From contig NC_042999.1 in assembly GCF_006345805.1 (NCBI RefSeq), positions 29,760,001-29,824,000 of the forward strand: 64,000 nucleotides of DNA, written 5' to 3'. The notes under the pieces were generated by a model, which saw only the letters and a program-made list of their open reading frames with translations, was not told the origin of the DNA and did no database searches. The stretch comes from Octopus sinensis. Lineage: Eukaryota. Position numbers and translations under genes: made by a program. Within the stretch, counting starts at the first letter, position 1; every line of letters begins with the position of its first letter. This document shows, one piece after another, positions 25,140 through 36,330 of this stretch.

Positions 25140-25820
25140 AGCTCCACTACAAATATTTCTGAGTGTTTGGATGTCAAGCTGAGGCGAATGCCATCTGAGA
25201 ACATGAACCGAGAGTGATAAATATCAAACAACCCGTCAGCTTCGAGGTTCTTGATGTTATCACTAGTGATGGTGACGTTTTCCCTTCATTAATCTCTTCA
25301 CGCGGCCTCAGACTCATTATGGAGGCCGATTTCAAATGCCTGGAAGCGGTAGTACTGCCCTGGTCAAGAGAGTGGCTGCTTATATACACTAGGACTGGCA
25401 ACAGGCCTCTGCATTATGCCACGCAATCAACAGAACCCAGTCATGGCCGTCAAACAATTTCTGCGACAACATCAAGCCTAACATCTGGTCTCCCAACTCC
25501 CCAGACTGCAATCCCTTGATTATTACGTATGAGCGCAGTTATGCGAGAGACCAACAAAACTCCTTGTAACACCACGGATGAACTAAAGGCGAGTGTTTGG
25601 CACCGTCCACCAACTTAATCAAGGTTATCGACCAGATGATTCACAGGAAATTCCGAAGTCGTCTGGAAGCTGTGGTTGAAGCCAATGAACACATTTTCTC
25701 TTTTCCATTTCCAGATATTTTAATGTAAATTTGGTAAATATATTTGTTAAAATGAGATGTCGGTGTCACATTCATCTCTGCGCAATTCAGTCGATAGTGT
25801 ATTCACTGCACACTGTATAT
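25140..25820 (+). mobile_element. Decayed Tc1/mariner-superfamily (maT/DD37D-like) transposase fragment
   Basis: V.DVITSDGDVFP...HGLRL..EA..KCLEAVVLPW; WQQ.SA.CH....TQSW.SNNFCD.I.PNIWSPNSPDCNPLDY; FRSRLEAVVEAN. The right end CACTGCACACTGTA resembles a TA-CAG terminus. Confidence 0.8.
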
Positions 25821-26229
25821 ATATATATATATAAACAGGAACATGGATTTATGTAAGACGGATATGTTTTCCCATCTATGATATCATTAAACAGTCATGT
25901 ACATTATTGTTTTCTGGACCTAAGTGTGTTTCAACTGCATTAAAGTGTAATGGGTTTATTTGAATATTTTCAACGTATATTTTCTTTCATATGGACACCT
26001 TAACCACGCCGGAGTACCTAATTCGCAGAATTCTTCCACCGTCGGATTATGTTCCTTTTCATTCGGATTACCCATTGCTGCACCTTGATCGGGAATCATT
26101 ATAATTTATCGGTGACTCTTCCGCTTTATCTCCTCCTACATATCTTCTTCTATTTCCATTCTCCTCACTTATTCTCTTTCTCTTTTCATTTTCGTCGCCA
26201 TCAATAACACCTACACCGTCAGTCACTCC

Positions 26230-26600
26230 TCACCATGCCTGACCTCCACTCCTCCTCCAGCACCTTCAATCCCTTCTTTACCGTTTTCATTCCTCCCCTC
26301 CCATATTGCTTGCAACCCGCAAAAACTGTCTCATTTACTTCTCCAAAAAATCTCTCCGCTCTCGCCATCTCTCTTTTCTAAGACTTTGCCTCCGTCATCA
26401 CGTCATACCTAGTGGCTTCCACGCTACCCCGTATTCCACTCCCTTCATCGAGCCTACCTTCGCCCGCACCCCCGCCTCCTCATCCGTGCCTCTATCTGTT
26501 CCACCCGCTCTCTCCTCCACTGCCTTTACCACCAACTCCTCCATGCTTACCTCCTCCTCTCTTCACCCTTCAGTCAGCCCATTCTCCGCTTCCTTCTTAA
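26230..26600 (+). mobile_element. Probable N-terminal ORF fragment of another PLE
   Basis: SRHLSFLRLCLRHHVIPSGF resembles the H..FL..C...IP.GF motif of PLE N-termini. C-rich codon style as in the 14.4-16.1 kb PLE. Confidence 0.4.
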
Positions 26601-27133
26601 TTAGAGTAACTCAGATCAAAGTGACTGTCTAAATTTCAACGTTCATTCACATCGATCTTGATACTATATCTTTCTTAGCTGCGCACCCTCTACTTACACA
26701 CATTCAACATCACACATTCACTTCTACCCTTGTTTAGATTATCAAGGAGAACAAGTATGCATTTGATTTTATCGGAATGCAATCTCAAGTAAATTTTTGA
26801 ACTTTATGCACTTTGCAATATTCATACGTACATAATTTCAGAATGGAAACTAATTCTTATTCGAAAAGGAAAAAATAAATATATAGTACAATATATATGT
26901 GTATTTACTTGCGTTTCGCTACTTTTGAGTTCAACTGTGAACTCTGCTATATTTCCTATTTGTCTACCAGGTGAAACTCGAAATATCATAGGCTATTGCT
27001 TCTGTAATGACCAATGACATGTCTAGACTAAATGGATAAAAATAGAGAACACATTCTTATAAACTGATATATTGAGATTATCAAATTACTATCATATTTT
27101 AACACTTTAAATCTCATGATTTCATTTGGTTAT

Positions 27134-27167
<34 letters not shown>

Positions 27168-27168
<1 letters not shown>

Positions 27169-27370
27169 GGGAGAGTTTACGAAACAAACAAAAGACGAAG
27201 ACAGGTAGTGTACAAAACAAACAGATGTATTAGTATAACGCTCAGGAATAGAAAAAAGTATTTTACGTTTCGAGCCTACGCTCTTCTACATAAAGGGACA
27301 TAGAAAAAACAAGAAGAGAAACAAGGTGAGAAAAAATGTGTGTAGTGGCTAACGATCTATCAGTGAGACT
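27168..27370 (-). mobile_element. Short (AT)n-embedded repeat with degenerate minimal HHR
   Basis: Minus strand CCTTT-ATGTAGA-A-GAGC GTAG GCTC-GAAA-C-GTA-AAAT. Flanked by (AT)n on both sides. Confidence 0.45.
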
Positions 27371-27431
<61 letters not shown>

Positions 27432-27432
27432 A

Positions 27433-27502
<70 letters not shown>

Positions 27503-28044
27503 GTATGTATGTATGTATATAAATACATGTACTTGGTATCTGAAGACTTAAATATCAGTATCTTACTCTCTTCGAAGAAATTAAAATTTCTCCAAGACGA
27601 GATAGAATTGTAACATAAGAAAACCAAATAGACATGCAGAGTTTGTTCTCCTATGAGCGGAATACAACGATTTAGAAATTGTCAATTCATCAAATGTTGG
27701 AAGCTCTCCTGTAACGAATGTTAGGATGGATTTGTATAACCCTGATGGACGTGTTGACAATGATTAAAAAAAAAGAAAAGGAATAATAATCATTGTAAAC
27801 GTTTTCTATATATCCGAGAGCTAGTCTGGAAACATTGGACACACCAATTCATGCAGCATATTCAAAACATTATCGATGATGACTTCGGAAATCAATGATC
27901 GCAATCGCCAAAGAACTTCAGCTGTCAGAGTGAACTATCAGAAATGTGATTATTCGAAATAACAGATACTGGTGCTGTAGCAGATATGTGTCTGTGTGCT
28001 TGATTACTATAGATAGAGGGACAAAGAGAGAGAAAAAAAAGGGG

Positions 28045-28335
28045 CAACTTCGTCTAAATTAGCCCAAATGATCTCCAACCATTATTCAACTTTCCGAGAT
28101 AAGAGAAAACAACACAGCACGGGATTAAGCAAACTAATTTTGCGTCTGAAAGACAGCAATTCAACCTTCAAGCTGGAATGGTCCATTTTGTCGGTATCCG
28201 TTCCGTTTGATAAGGGCAGAAAATTTTGTGGCGTCTGTAATTCTGAATTTTTTCATATAGTATTCGCCAAGGTACCTTTAATAAATTCAATCGTCGAGAG
28301 GTCCTACAGGTGCTAGCACTGAAGGAAATACACCT
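28045..28335 (+). pseudogene. PLE GIY-YIG C-terminal fragment (same type as 14433-14760)
   Basis: SNHYSTFRDKRKQHSTGLSKLILRLKDSNSTFKLEWSILSVSVPFDKGRKFCGVCNSE...LINSIVE...C*H parallels HIWYLK..FKTKWKLL...CDLCISE..LLNK...CMH. Confidence 0.75.
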
Positions 28336-28930
28336 TTTACTCATACGAATTATAACTAATATAGATTAGCCCCTTTAATTTTAATTAATATATTTCCATT
28401 TATATATTTCACCCCTTTAGTTTAAAAAAAAAATTATGCTTTCAAAGACATACTACCCAATCCATTGAGGTTTGTTTTGCCTTTGTCCCAATACCTCGCC
28501 CTCCTCTTCCTTTTTTTCTCTCTCTGTCCCTCTATCTATAGTAATCAAGCACACAGACGCATATCTGCTACAACACCACTATCTGTTTTTTTTTGACATC
28601 TACCCATCCACATACACTTTCACGCACACACATACACACACATAGGTATTAATACAGTTATATTCATTCACTCACACAGACGCTCATTCAGAAAAGATTT
28701 AACAAAACCCACCATGCATACGACCTGTTCCAAATCACCTTACTTTTCTTAGGCCTCTCTCCCCCTACTTCGTTTGAACTCTTGAACCTTTAGAACCTTC
28801 TAGAATTTTCTACATTCAACCAGTTTGACGTTACTCCTTATAAAGAAATATTAAAGAGACACTCATTATCGCTATGCGCTCTGTGAGAGCAGTCATTTAA
28901 AGTTATTGTGAATCTTGATGTTGACATAAA

Positions 28931-29029
28931 TTCCTTGTTTGTCCTGATGAGAAAGCGGCATAATGTACTCCTTATTCCTTCACAATTAGGAATATGCAGC
29001 CTTCGAAACATATGTCGAAAATAAAGGAA
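28931..29029 (+). ncRNA. Type I hammerhead ribozyme (eroded stem I) downstream of the GIY-YIG fragment
   Basis: TTCCTTGTTTGTC-CTGATGA-GAA...TTC-GAAA-CATAT-GTC^GAAAATAAAGGAA. Stem III is the palindrome ACATATGT and the triplet is GUC. Stem I has 3 mismatches in 13 bp. Confidence 0.7.
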
Positions 29030-30708
29030 ATTTGTTAATTTGTCGTTCAACTCCATTCTTTCATTTATTCATAAATTTTATAAAAATACACACAAATTTC
29101 CACACGATAACACGTAGTCTCTGCCCTAGGCACGTAACTTGAACCGTGTTATTTCTGATGTGAATTTGCTACCCAGGTATCGGTTAAACGAATTATCCAT
29201 AAAAAAGATATTTCATTTTTCTACTCATCTATATATATATATATGTATATTTATTTATATTATGACTGATTGATTAATTCTTATAAAGATTTTATCCTAT
29301 TTTTAAATTCTAAATATATATATATACATACTTGCATATATGTATACACACAGAGACACACACTTGAGTGTATGTCTGTGTATGTGTGTAAGCAATTTCA
29401 TATTTCAATCAGAAATGAATACGTTTAAAAGAAGAGATCCAAGGTAGGATTTGGTATCAAAACAACGAATGGCAACGTAAGAAGTCACAATTTATCAATA
29501 GAATATCTATGAATTCAATAAAAGCTAATAGCAGTAAAGTGTTGTTTATTGTGCTCTCAAGAATGTTATGGTTTCTACTTCATTACTTTCTGTAGGATTG
29601 AAGAAATTAGATGGAAATTATTATTATGTAGAAATAACATCTGGACTGAAAAGCAAAGAAGAAGCCTCTACTCGCAGGTAGATGTGGCAGGCATACACAA
29701 TCCTTATAGCGTCATACACTCGAATAAACACAGTAATATTTCAATCCTACAACCTATCAGCCACGGTATCAAAGATGATATAGACTTGATCATAAGTGTT
29801 GTATTTCAGAATTTATTTCTACAATGCAACAAAGACAATATTCATTAGAAAACTAATTGTGCATCCCTAAGTATTACCAAGTTGTCCAGAACACTTTTCG
29901 ACCACTGTCCAAAGGCCACTATCGCCTAATTTGTAATTATTTCATAGTTGCGGTTGGAAAGTGGAAGGATATAGTTCTTCATAACGTGGTAATACCTACG
30001 GATGCACAATTGCATTTCTACTGAATATTGTTTATGATGTATTCTAGACTGCATTCTGAAATACATTACACATGATCCAGACTATATCATCGTTGATGCA
30101 GTCTGTATCATAAGTTCTGTGTCTGAAATAAAATTATAAAGAAACAAAAGAAAACTGCCACACATGTTACATTGAGTATTTATTATCCACTGCACTTTTT
30201 AGCCAAATTTTATAGACGTAGCATATTCTTAAATCGGATATCTGAAAATATGATCATAATACCCACTAATTGCAACATTCTACTTGTACTGTTTGATGTT
30301 GTTTGAAAAGAAATTCTATTTCGTGCACTGACTAGAAATATAATAGAACATGGCAATTCATTCGTATACAGTAAACAGACAGTATGTTTAAAAGAGTTCA
30401 TTAGTTTATGCAGACATTTAGAACGTCTCCTCTTCCCAAAGCTGTTATACGAAGTATATATAATGTCATATAAAGTGCATAGTATAGACAAAATTTTCGA
30501 TGTACATATTTATTCAAAATCTAACAAGCAATCAAAATTTCGCGTGCATTAACATGGATGCACATGGATGCACACACACAGGCACACACACACACATACA
30601 TACACACATACACACACACACATAAGCACATATATATTATATATATATATATATAGATATATATAAGTATATATATAAATTTATATGTATGCATATATAC
30701 AGGTAGTG

Positions 30709-30965
30709 GACGCGCGTGGTTTAGTGGTTAGGGTGTCAGCATCATGATCGTAAGATTGTGGTTTTGATTCCTGGACCGGGCGTGGCGTTATCTTCTTGAG
30801 GAAAACATTTCATTTCCCCTTGCTCCAGTTCACTCTGCTTGCAAAAATGAGTAATGCAGCGATGGACTGGCGTCACGTCCAGCTGGGGAACACATACGCC
30901 TTAGAAACCGGGAAATAAAGCCCATGAGCCTAGCTAGGTTTTAAAAAGGGCGCATTTATTTATTT
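30709..30965 (+). mobile_element. tRNA-derived SINE
   Basis: A-box TGGTTTAGTGG and B-box-like GGTTTTGATTCC, followed by a CORE-like TTGAGGAAAACATTTCATTTC..TTGCTCCAG body and an A/T-rich tail. Confidence 0.7.
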
Positions 30966-31239
30966 TTATATGTACATGTGTGTGTATGTTTGTGTGTGCA
31001 TATACATGTGAGAACCAAGAATTGAGGTGTAGGAACCTCAAATGTGGTAAAATCTAAAGTGCAAGGTTATCTTGATTACATCAAAAGCTACATCGTCGAA
31101 AATGTTGTACATGTTGTTGCACTGATTCAATAGGAATGTGTGGCGGGCACAATACGTGAAAGGTCTAGAAGAAAGCTTTCCATTGCATCTTTCGAATCAA
31201 TTCCTTAGGACCGTGAATAATAAGTTACATGTACTCATT

Positions 31240-31553
31240 TTTTTGTTGGTAATTGGCATATCCTTAAGCGAAAGTTACCCTCCCAGGTACAAGTCCGGTC
31301 CAGGTTATTTATGGAAGGCCAGCAGTCACCCTTGCATACCAGCCTCCATGCCATCAATGTTATCCAAGGGAAAGGCGAAGGCCGATACAGCTTGGCATCA
31401 GTGATGTCGCAACTCATTTCTATAGCTGAGTTAACTGTAGCAACGTGAAATAAAATGTCTTGCTCAACAACACAACATGCAGCCCGATCTGGGAATCGAA
31501 CTCACAACCTCAGGATCGTAAACTCGACGCTCTAATCACTGAGCCGGGTGCCT
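31240..31553 (-). mobile_element. tRNA-derived SINE
   Basis: Minus strand GGCTCAGTGATTAGAGCG...GAGTTCGATTCCC...TTGAGCAAGACATTTTATTTCACGTTGCTACAG. Confidence 0.75.
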
Positions 31554-31873
31554 TCACAAACACACACACACACACACACACATATATATGCATATTCAAA
31601 ATCAACTTATTTGTTGGCATTAATTATTTATAGTTTGGCTGTTATTTCTGTCAAGTAAAGACTTATTTATTTTGTTTATTATTTTAACTTTTTGACTGGG
31701 GTGGAGTGGTGATGCTCACTAAATGTTTAATAATCTCTTGAGAGTTTTGGACAAAAGAGTAATGTTTCCTGAACTGCAGACTGGACAGAATCCCCTATAA
31801 AGGGTCCAACAAAGGCACTAACCATGCCATGCGGTTATCTTAGATGGATTTCGTAACTTTTTACCAATATGTG

Positions 31874-32278
31874 GGCGTAGGAGTGGCTATGTGGTAAGTA
31901 GCCTGTTTACCAACCACATGGTTCCGGGTTCAGTCCCACTGCGTATTACCTTGGACAAGTGTCTTCTACTATAGCCTCGGGCCGACCAAAGCCTTGTGAG
32001 TGTATTTGTTACACGGAAACTGAAAGAAGCTCGTCGTATATATGTATATATATGTATGTGCGTGTATGTTTTGGTGTCTGTGTTTGCCCCCCTAGCATTG
32101 CTTGACAACCGATGCTGGTGTGTTTATGTCCCCGTCACCTAGCGGTTCGGGAAAAGAGACCGATATAATAAGTACTGGGCTTACAAAGAATAAGTCCCGG
32201 GACCGAGTTGCTCGATTAAAGGCGGTGCACCAGCATGGCCGCAGTCAAAATGACTGAAACAAGTAAAAAGAGAAAAAG
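31874..32278 (+). mobile_element. tRNA-derived SINE of the dominant family in this window
   Basis: GGCGTAGGAGTGGCTATGTGGTAAG...GGTTCAGTCCC...GGGCCGACCAAAGCCTTGTGAG...GGTGCACCAGCATGGCCGCAGTC..ATGACTGAAACAAGTAAAAG. Related copies lie at 33095-33216(-), 40885-41300(-) and 61703-61860(+). Confidence 0.8.
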
Positions 32279-32729
32279 AGAAAGAAATGTCAATCCAGTC
32301 TAGAGTTGGTAGTTTCTCGACAAAATTTAGAGAAACAAAAGCAAGGATTTCCTAAATGATATCTGAACTGAAAGTACCGACAGCTGGGAAAAGTACGTGA
32401 AGGAATTCTGATAGACATACTATTAACTCGGTTAGTAACCCATTTTCTCCAATTTTTTTATTTCCATTGTTGTGTGAGTTAATTCTGCAAATTTGAAGAA
32501 TGCCGGGTCCATGTGAGCGTGTAGTATATAGTGAATCCAAATAAAGAAGACAAAAAAGAAAATGCAACAACGAGATGCTGTAGTACAAATACTGTATAAT
32601 CGGGCTCTCAGGAAAGGAAAGAAAGGGAAATTTACGGTTTGAGCAAAGCTCTTCTTCAGAAATGGAGGAAACTCCAAAAGTTATATATATATATAATCTA
32701 AATAAGCAACAAGAATAACTTCGGTAATT

Positions 32730-32813
32730 TGGTACGATCGTTTCATGCTACATCAGTTTATTAAATTTTATAAGCATTGCAACAGTTTTAAAATTCTGAA
32801 CACTCATCAGCCA
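32730..32813 (-). ncRNA. Type I hammerhead ribozyme within a repeat (32700-32900) also present at 53110-53300
   Basis: TGG-CTGATGA-GTGT...GCAT-GAAA-CGATC-GTA^CCA. Stem III is the palindrome ACGATCGT. Confidence 0.7.
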
Positions 32814-33595
32814 TTAATAGAGGTTTTCCATTAATACATACTTTCATATCAATTAATAACATTATAGAGAAGGTAGATATATAGACAAATATCTGGATTT
32901 AAATTTTAAGAACATTTACGGTAGCGGGGTGTATCAACTGACTGAAGAATATTCAGTTGCTTTGATGGGCTAGAAGTACCATATTCATTTGAATCTAAAG
33001 TTTGCTGAACTCATATATATATATGTGTGTGTGTGTGCGCGTGTGTGTGTGTGTACTGCGCATTTTTATCTATTTCTAATTTACATATTCTCTCACAGGG
33101 CTTTGATCAACCCGATGTTATAGTAGAAGGCACCCGCCTAAAGCGCCATGTACAGGGACTGAACTCAGATCCATCTTGTGTGGAACACAACTTCTGACCA
33201 CACTACCACGCCTGCCCCAACACTCCCAATTGATTTAACCGGAATTGTACTGCAGTTCAGAGCAGCACCAATATTACACCTACATTTCCATCATTTTTTC
33301 GTTATCGTCTAGATCATAGAATCTTGTGGGATTGTGAAATGGTTATCGTTGCTCATCTCTGATTCCTGTCTCAAAAACACAACTACTCCTAAGAAGATCT
33401 ATCTACAAGGCCTTGCAGATTAGCATTGCTATTTATATACACACTCGTATTATTCCACAAATGGACTGTTTTTATGTAATTATATAATTATCTCTCACTC
33501 TTTCTCTCCATATATGTGTGCGTTTGAGTGTGTGCCTGTGTCTGTATACATATATTCACATACATACATGCACAAATATACACAGACACACACAG

Positions 33596-33639
<44 letters not shown>

Positions 33640-35069
33640 GTACACAAACACACACACATGTATATACATATACATATATGTATGCATACACACACACAAA
33701 TATATGTGATATATATCATTTCTCAATATACATAGATAAATAGATAAGTGCAAGTATTTTGTATTTAACTCTTTCTTGTATATATATATACAGGTTTACA
33801 CACTCGCATAAAGTAGTAAATATTCTTGTATAGCTGAAGTATATACAGCGCTAACCACATAGATACATACACAGCAACACATATTCCCTCGCTACCAAGA
33901 ACATACTTGCGGTACATTTATGTTATCGTTAAGTTATTTGAGTACATACTTCATGTGGTATCTAGTAAGTCATAGTTGATTCTCATACTGCTTCCCTCTG
34001 AAGAAAATCCTCGCGGAACACAGTAAGTAGATTATTTATGTTATGAAATCTTCTTACAAAGGGAAGTTTCCGAAAGAATCCGATATATAATTGATAACAA
34101 TATGGAATAGGAAGAAACGTGAGTATTTGTGCAAGCTTTAGCTTTCTCTTCGGTGCTTTTGAGATATAATTTTGATTCTCTCTTGAAATTGTATCGTATT
34201 TGTAATGCTTATATTGTGGCATGATAAAAGAAAAGGTAGAGCGCTGGACAACATCTATTGTGAAACGCAATTATGTTATTTTAAGTTAATTTCATTATTC
34301 TGAACGTGATAAAATAAATACAATCAATACGTTCATTAGTGAAATCGATCTAATTGATTGTATAACAGCCTGTTAGTGAATGATTCAATGCAATATATTC
34401 CACTGGTAAATCAACGGGTAGATATGACGTAATGTAATCGATGTTGCAATTCTTAAATGCGCTTCTATATATTTTGATTTCTTCTTAAAGCTTCTGAATA
34501 GCAGATGAAAAGACAAAATATAGCACCTTAGATTTCGTTCGTGTCATTTTTGCAATCTCACTGTATTTCTATAACCATCAATATTAATATTCTTTTCTAT
34601 ATGTACGTTCTAGATGATCATTTCCTTACTATTGTTTTAGAGTGAGGAAGGATAAGAGTTATAACGTGCCGAACCCAGCGTTGCATACAAATAAAACTAG
34701 ATATCACCCACAAAGGAGTATTAACAGCTATACACACATTGAACGGCATAGTTGATGGAACCAAGGTATTGTCATTATTAGTGTTGTTAAAAGTTGTTAT
34801 GTCGGATTTACAATCGCATTATACTAAACATGAGTTTCAGAAATTATCTAGCAGAATTGCAGAACGTTCGTTATAAAAACAAATTGGTTTTATTTAAAAG
34901 TCAAATTGTGGTGATTTCAGGCTATTTGGAAAATAATTTTCTTCTATGTCGAGGAGAACATTACACCCCTGTGGTGCACGAGCAACAATTCTAAAGCCAA
35001 CAAAATGCTGACAACGCGGAGATTCAAGCGTATAACAATTCTAACAATTCCAATATCATTTATGTTATA

Positions 35070-35127
<58 letters not shown>

Positions 35128-35208
35128 ATAGAAATGGTAAGACAACAAAAGAATGAAAGAAACCTCGATATTATGTAAATAGAGGCATTTATTTGTAATT
35201 TTATTATG

Positions 35209-35435
35209 TGACAATTATTCGGTAGCCATGATAAAACTCCGAGTTTCGGATGTCATGGTGGAAATCCACGCCGCCATCTCTTCAGTTATCCGGCCATCGG
35301 AAAAATTGCTATGAAAATCATCTTTCATGGCATTTTTTCATAGCATTTTTCCGATGGCCAGAAGAGATGGCGGCGTGGATTTCCACCCCGACATCCGAAA
35401 GTCGGAGTTGTGTCATGGCTACCGATTAATTGTCA
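35209..35435. repeat. 227-bp foldback made of two inverted HHR-containing arms
   Basis: TGACAATTATTCGGTAGCCATGA...GAAAAATTGCTATGAAAA / TTTTCATAGCATTTTTCC...TCATGGCTACCGATTAATTGTCA. The minus strand 35290-35230 reads GATAA-CTGAAGA-GATG...CATC-C-GAAA-CTCGGA-GTT^TTATC. Confidence 0.85.
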
Positions 35436-35649
35436 AATGTTATCTTTATATATATATGAGTGGGTTGGGTGTGTGCTTGTGTGTGTCTAAGAAGGATTTT
35501 TTCTGATATCACTCAAAAACCTTCAGACAACCCATGTTTGTAGCAGAATGACAGAAGAAATATGCCCAAGGTACCATACTGTAGGACCGAACACAAAACC
35601 CTGTGGTTGGAAAATGAAGTTTCTTATGAAACAGCCACATATATTAGAG

Positions 35650-36330
35650 CGTACCCAAAATAACCGTAAATATCTGTGTGGGACAAACCCGTTGTATTTC
35701 ACGCTTCGACCGCCATAATATTCTTGAACCGCCCTGCAAACATCAGTCTCCCGACTGGCGTCTAGGTTTACAGTCGGTACTGTCACGTGGTGCGTCTTTC
35801 TTTTGCAGTTCTGTTCTCCTATTGTAGATTTTTCCGATTGCTGAAGCGTAGGAAATGCGTGCTTCCATGAAATTCTATTTTTGGCTCGGAAAAAGCGCGA
35901 GTGGAACAAATGTCATGCTTCAAACGCCTTACAAAGAACGCGCTCATAAGTAAAACGCAAGTGTGCGAGTGGTACACTTTAGGAATGGTCACTTGTCGCT
36001 TGAAGACCAATCACGTTCAGGACGACCATCGACATCCTGAAGGTAAGAACCCCCAAGAAAATTCGTGAATTGATCTTGAAGGACCGTTGCCAAATAATTG
36101 AGGACATTGTTGATATGACTTTTGTGTCCTGGAGCTCCTGCCAACAAATTTGGAGCGAGGAATTGCGAATAAAAGGTTGCATCAAAATTTGTAACTCGCT
36201 TGCTCACAGAATATCGAAAGCAGTCACGACTGAATGCGTGTTGTGACCTGAGAAAGCAGCTGCAAGTTGACCCCGATATTTCTTCTAAAGTCATCACTGT
36301 TGACGAAGGCTGGTCCAAAGAAATTTGCAA
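35650..36330 (+). mobile_element. Decayed mariner transposase 5' half
   Basis: RACMKFYFWLGKSA; KTQVCEWY...RNGHLSLEDQSRSGRPST; IRELILKDR; SWSSCQQIWSEELR; RLLTEYRKQSRLNAC.DL.KQLQVDPD..SKVITVDEGW (GDESW). Confidence 0.85.

Noticed and set aside
30709-32000. tRNA genes at the A/B-box-containing heads
   Set aside because: No complete cloverleaf, and the heads continue into SINE bodies seen elsewhere in the window.
33985-34070. CTGAAGA...GAAA with TTCCCT/AGGGAA flanks as an HHR
   Set aside because: No stem II or stem III pairing and no NUH triplet in register.
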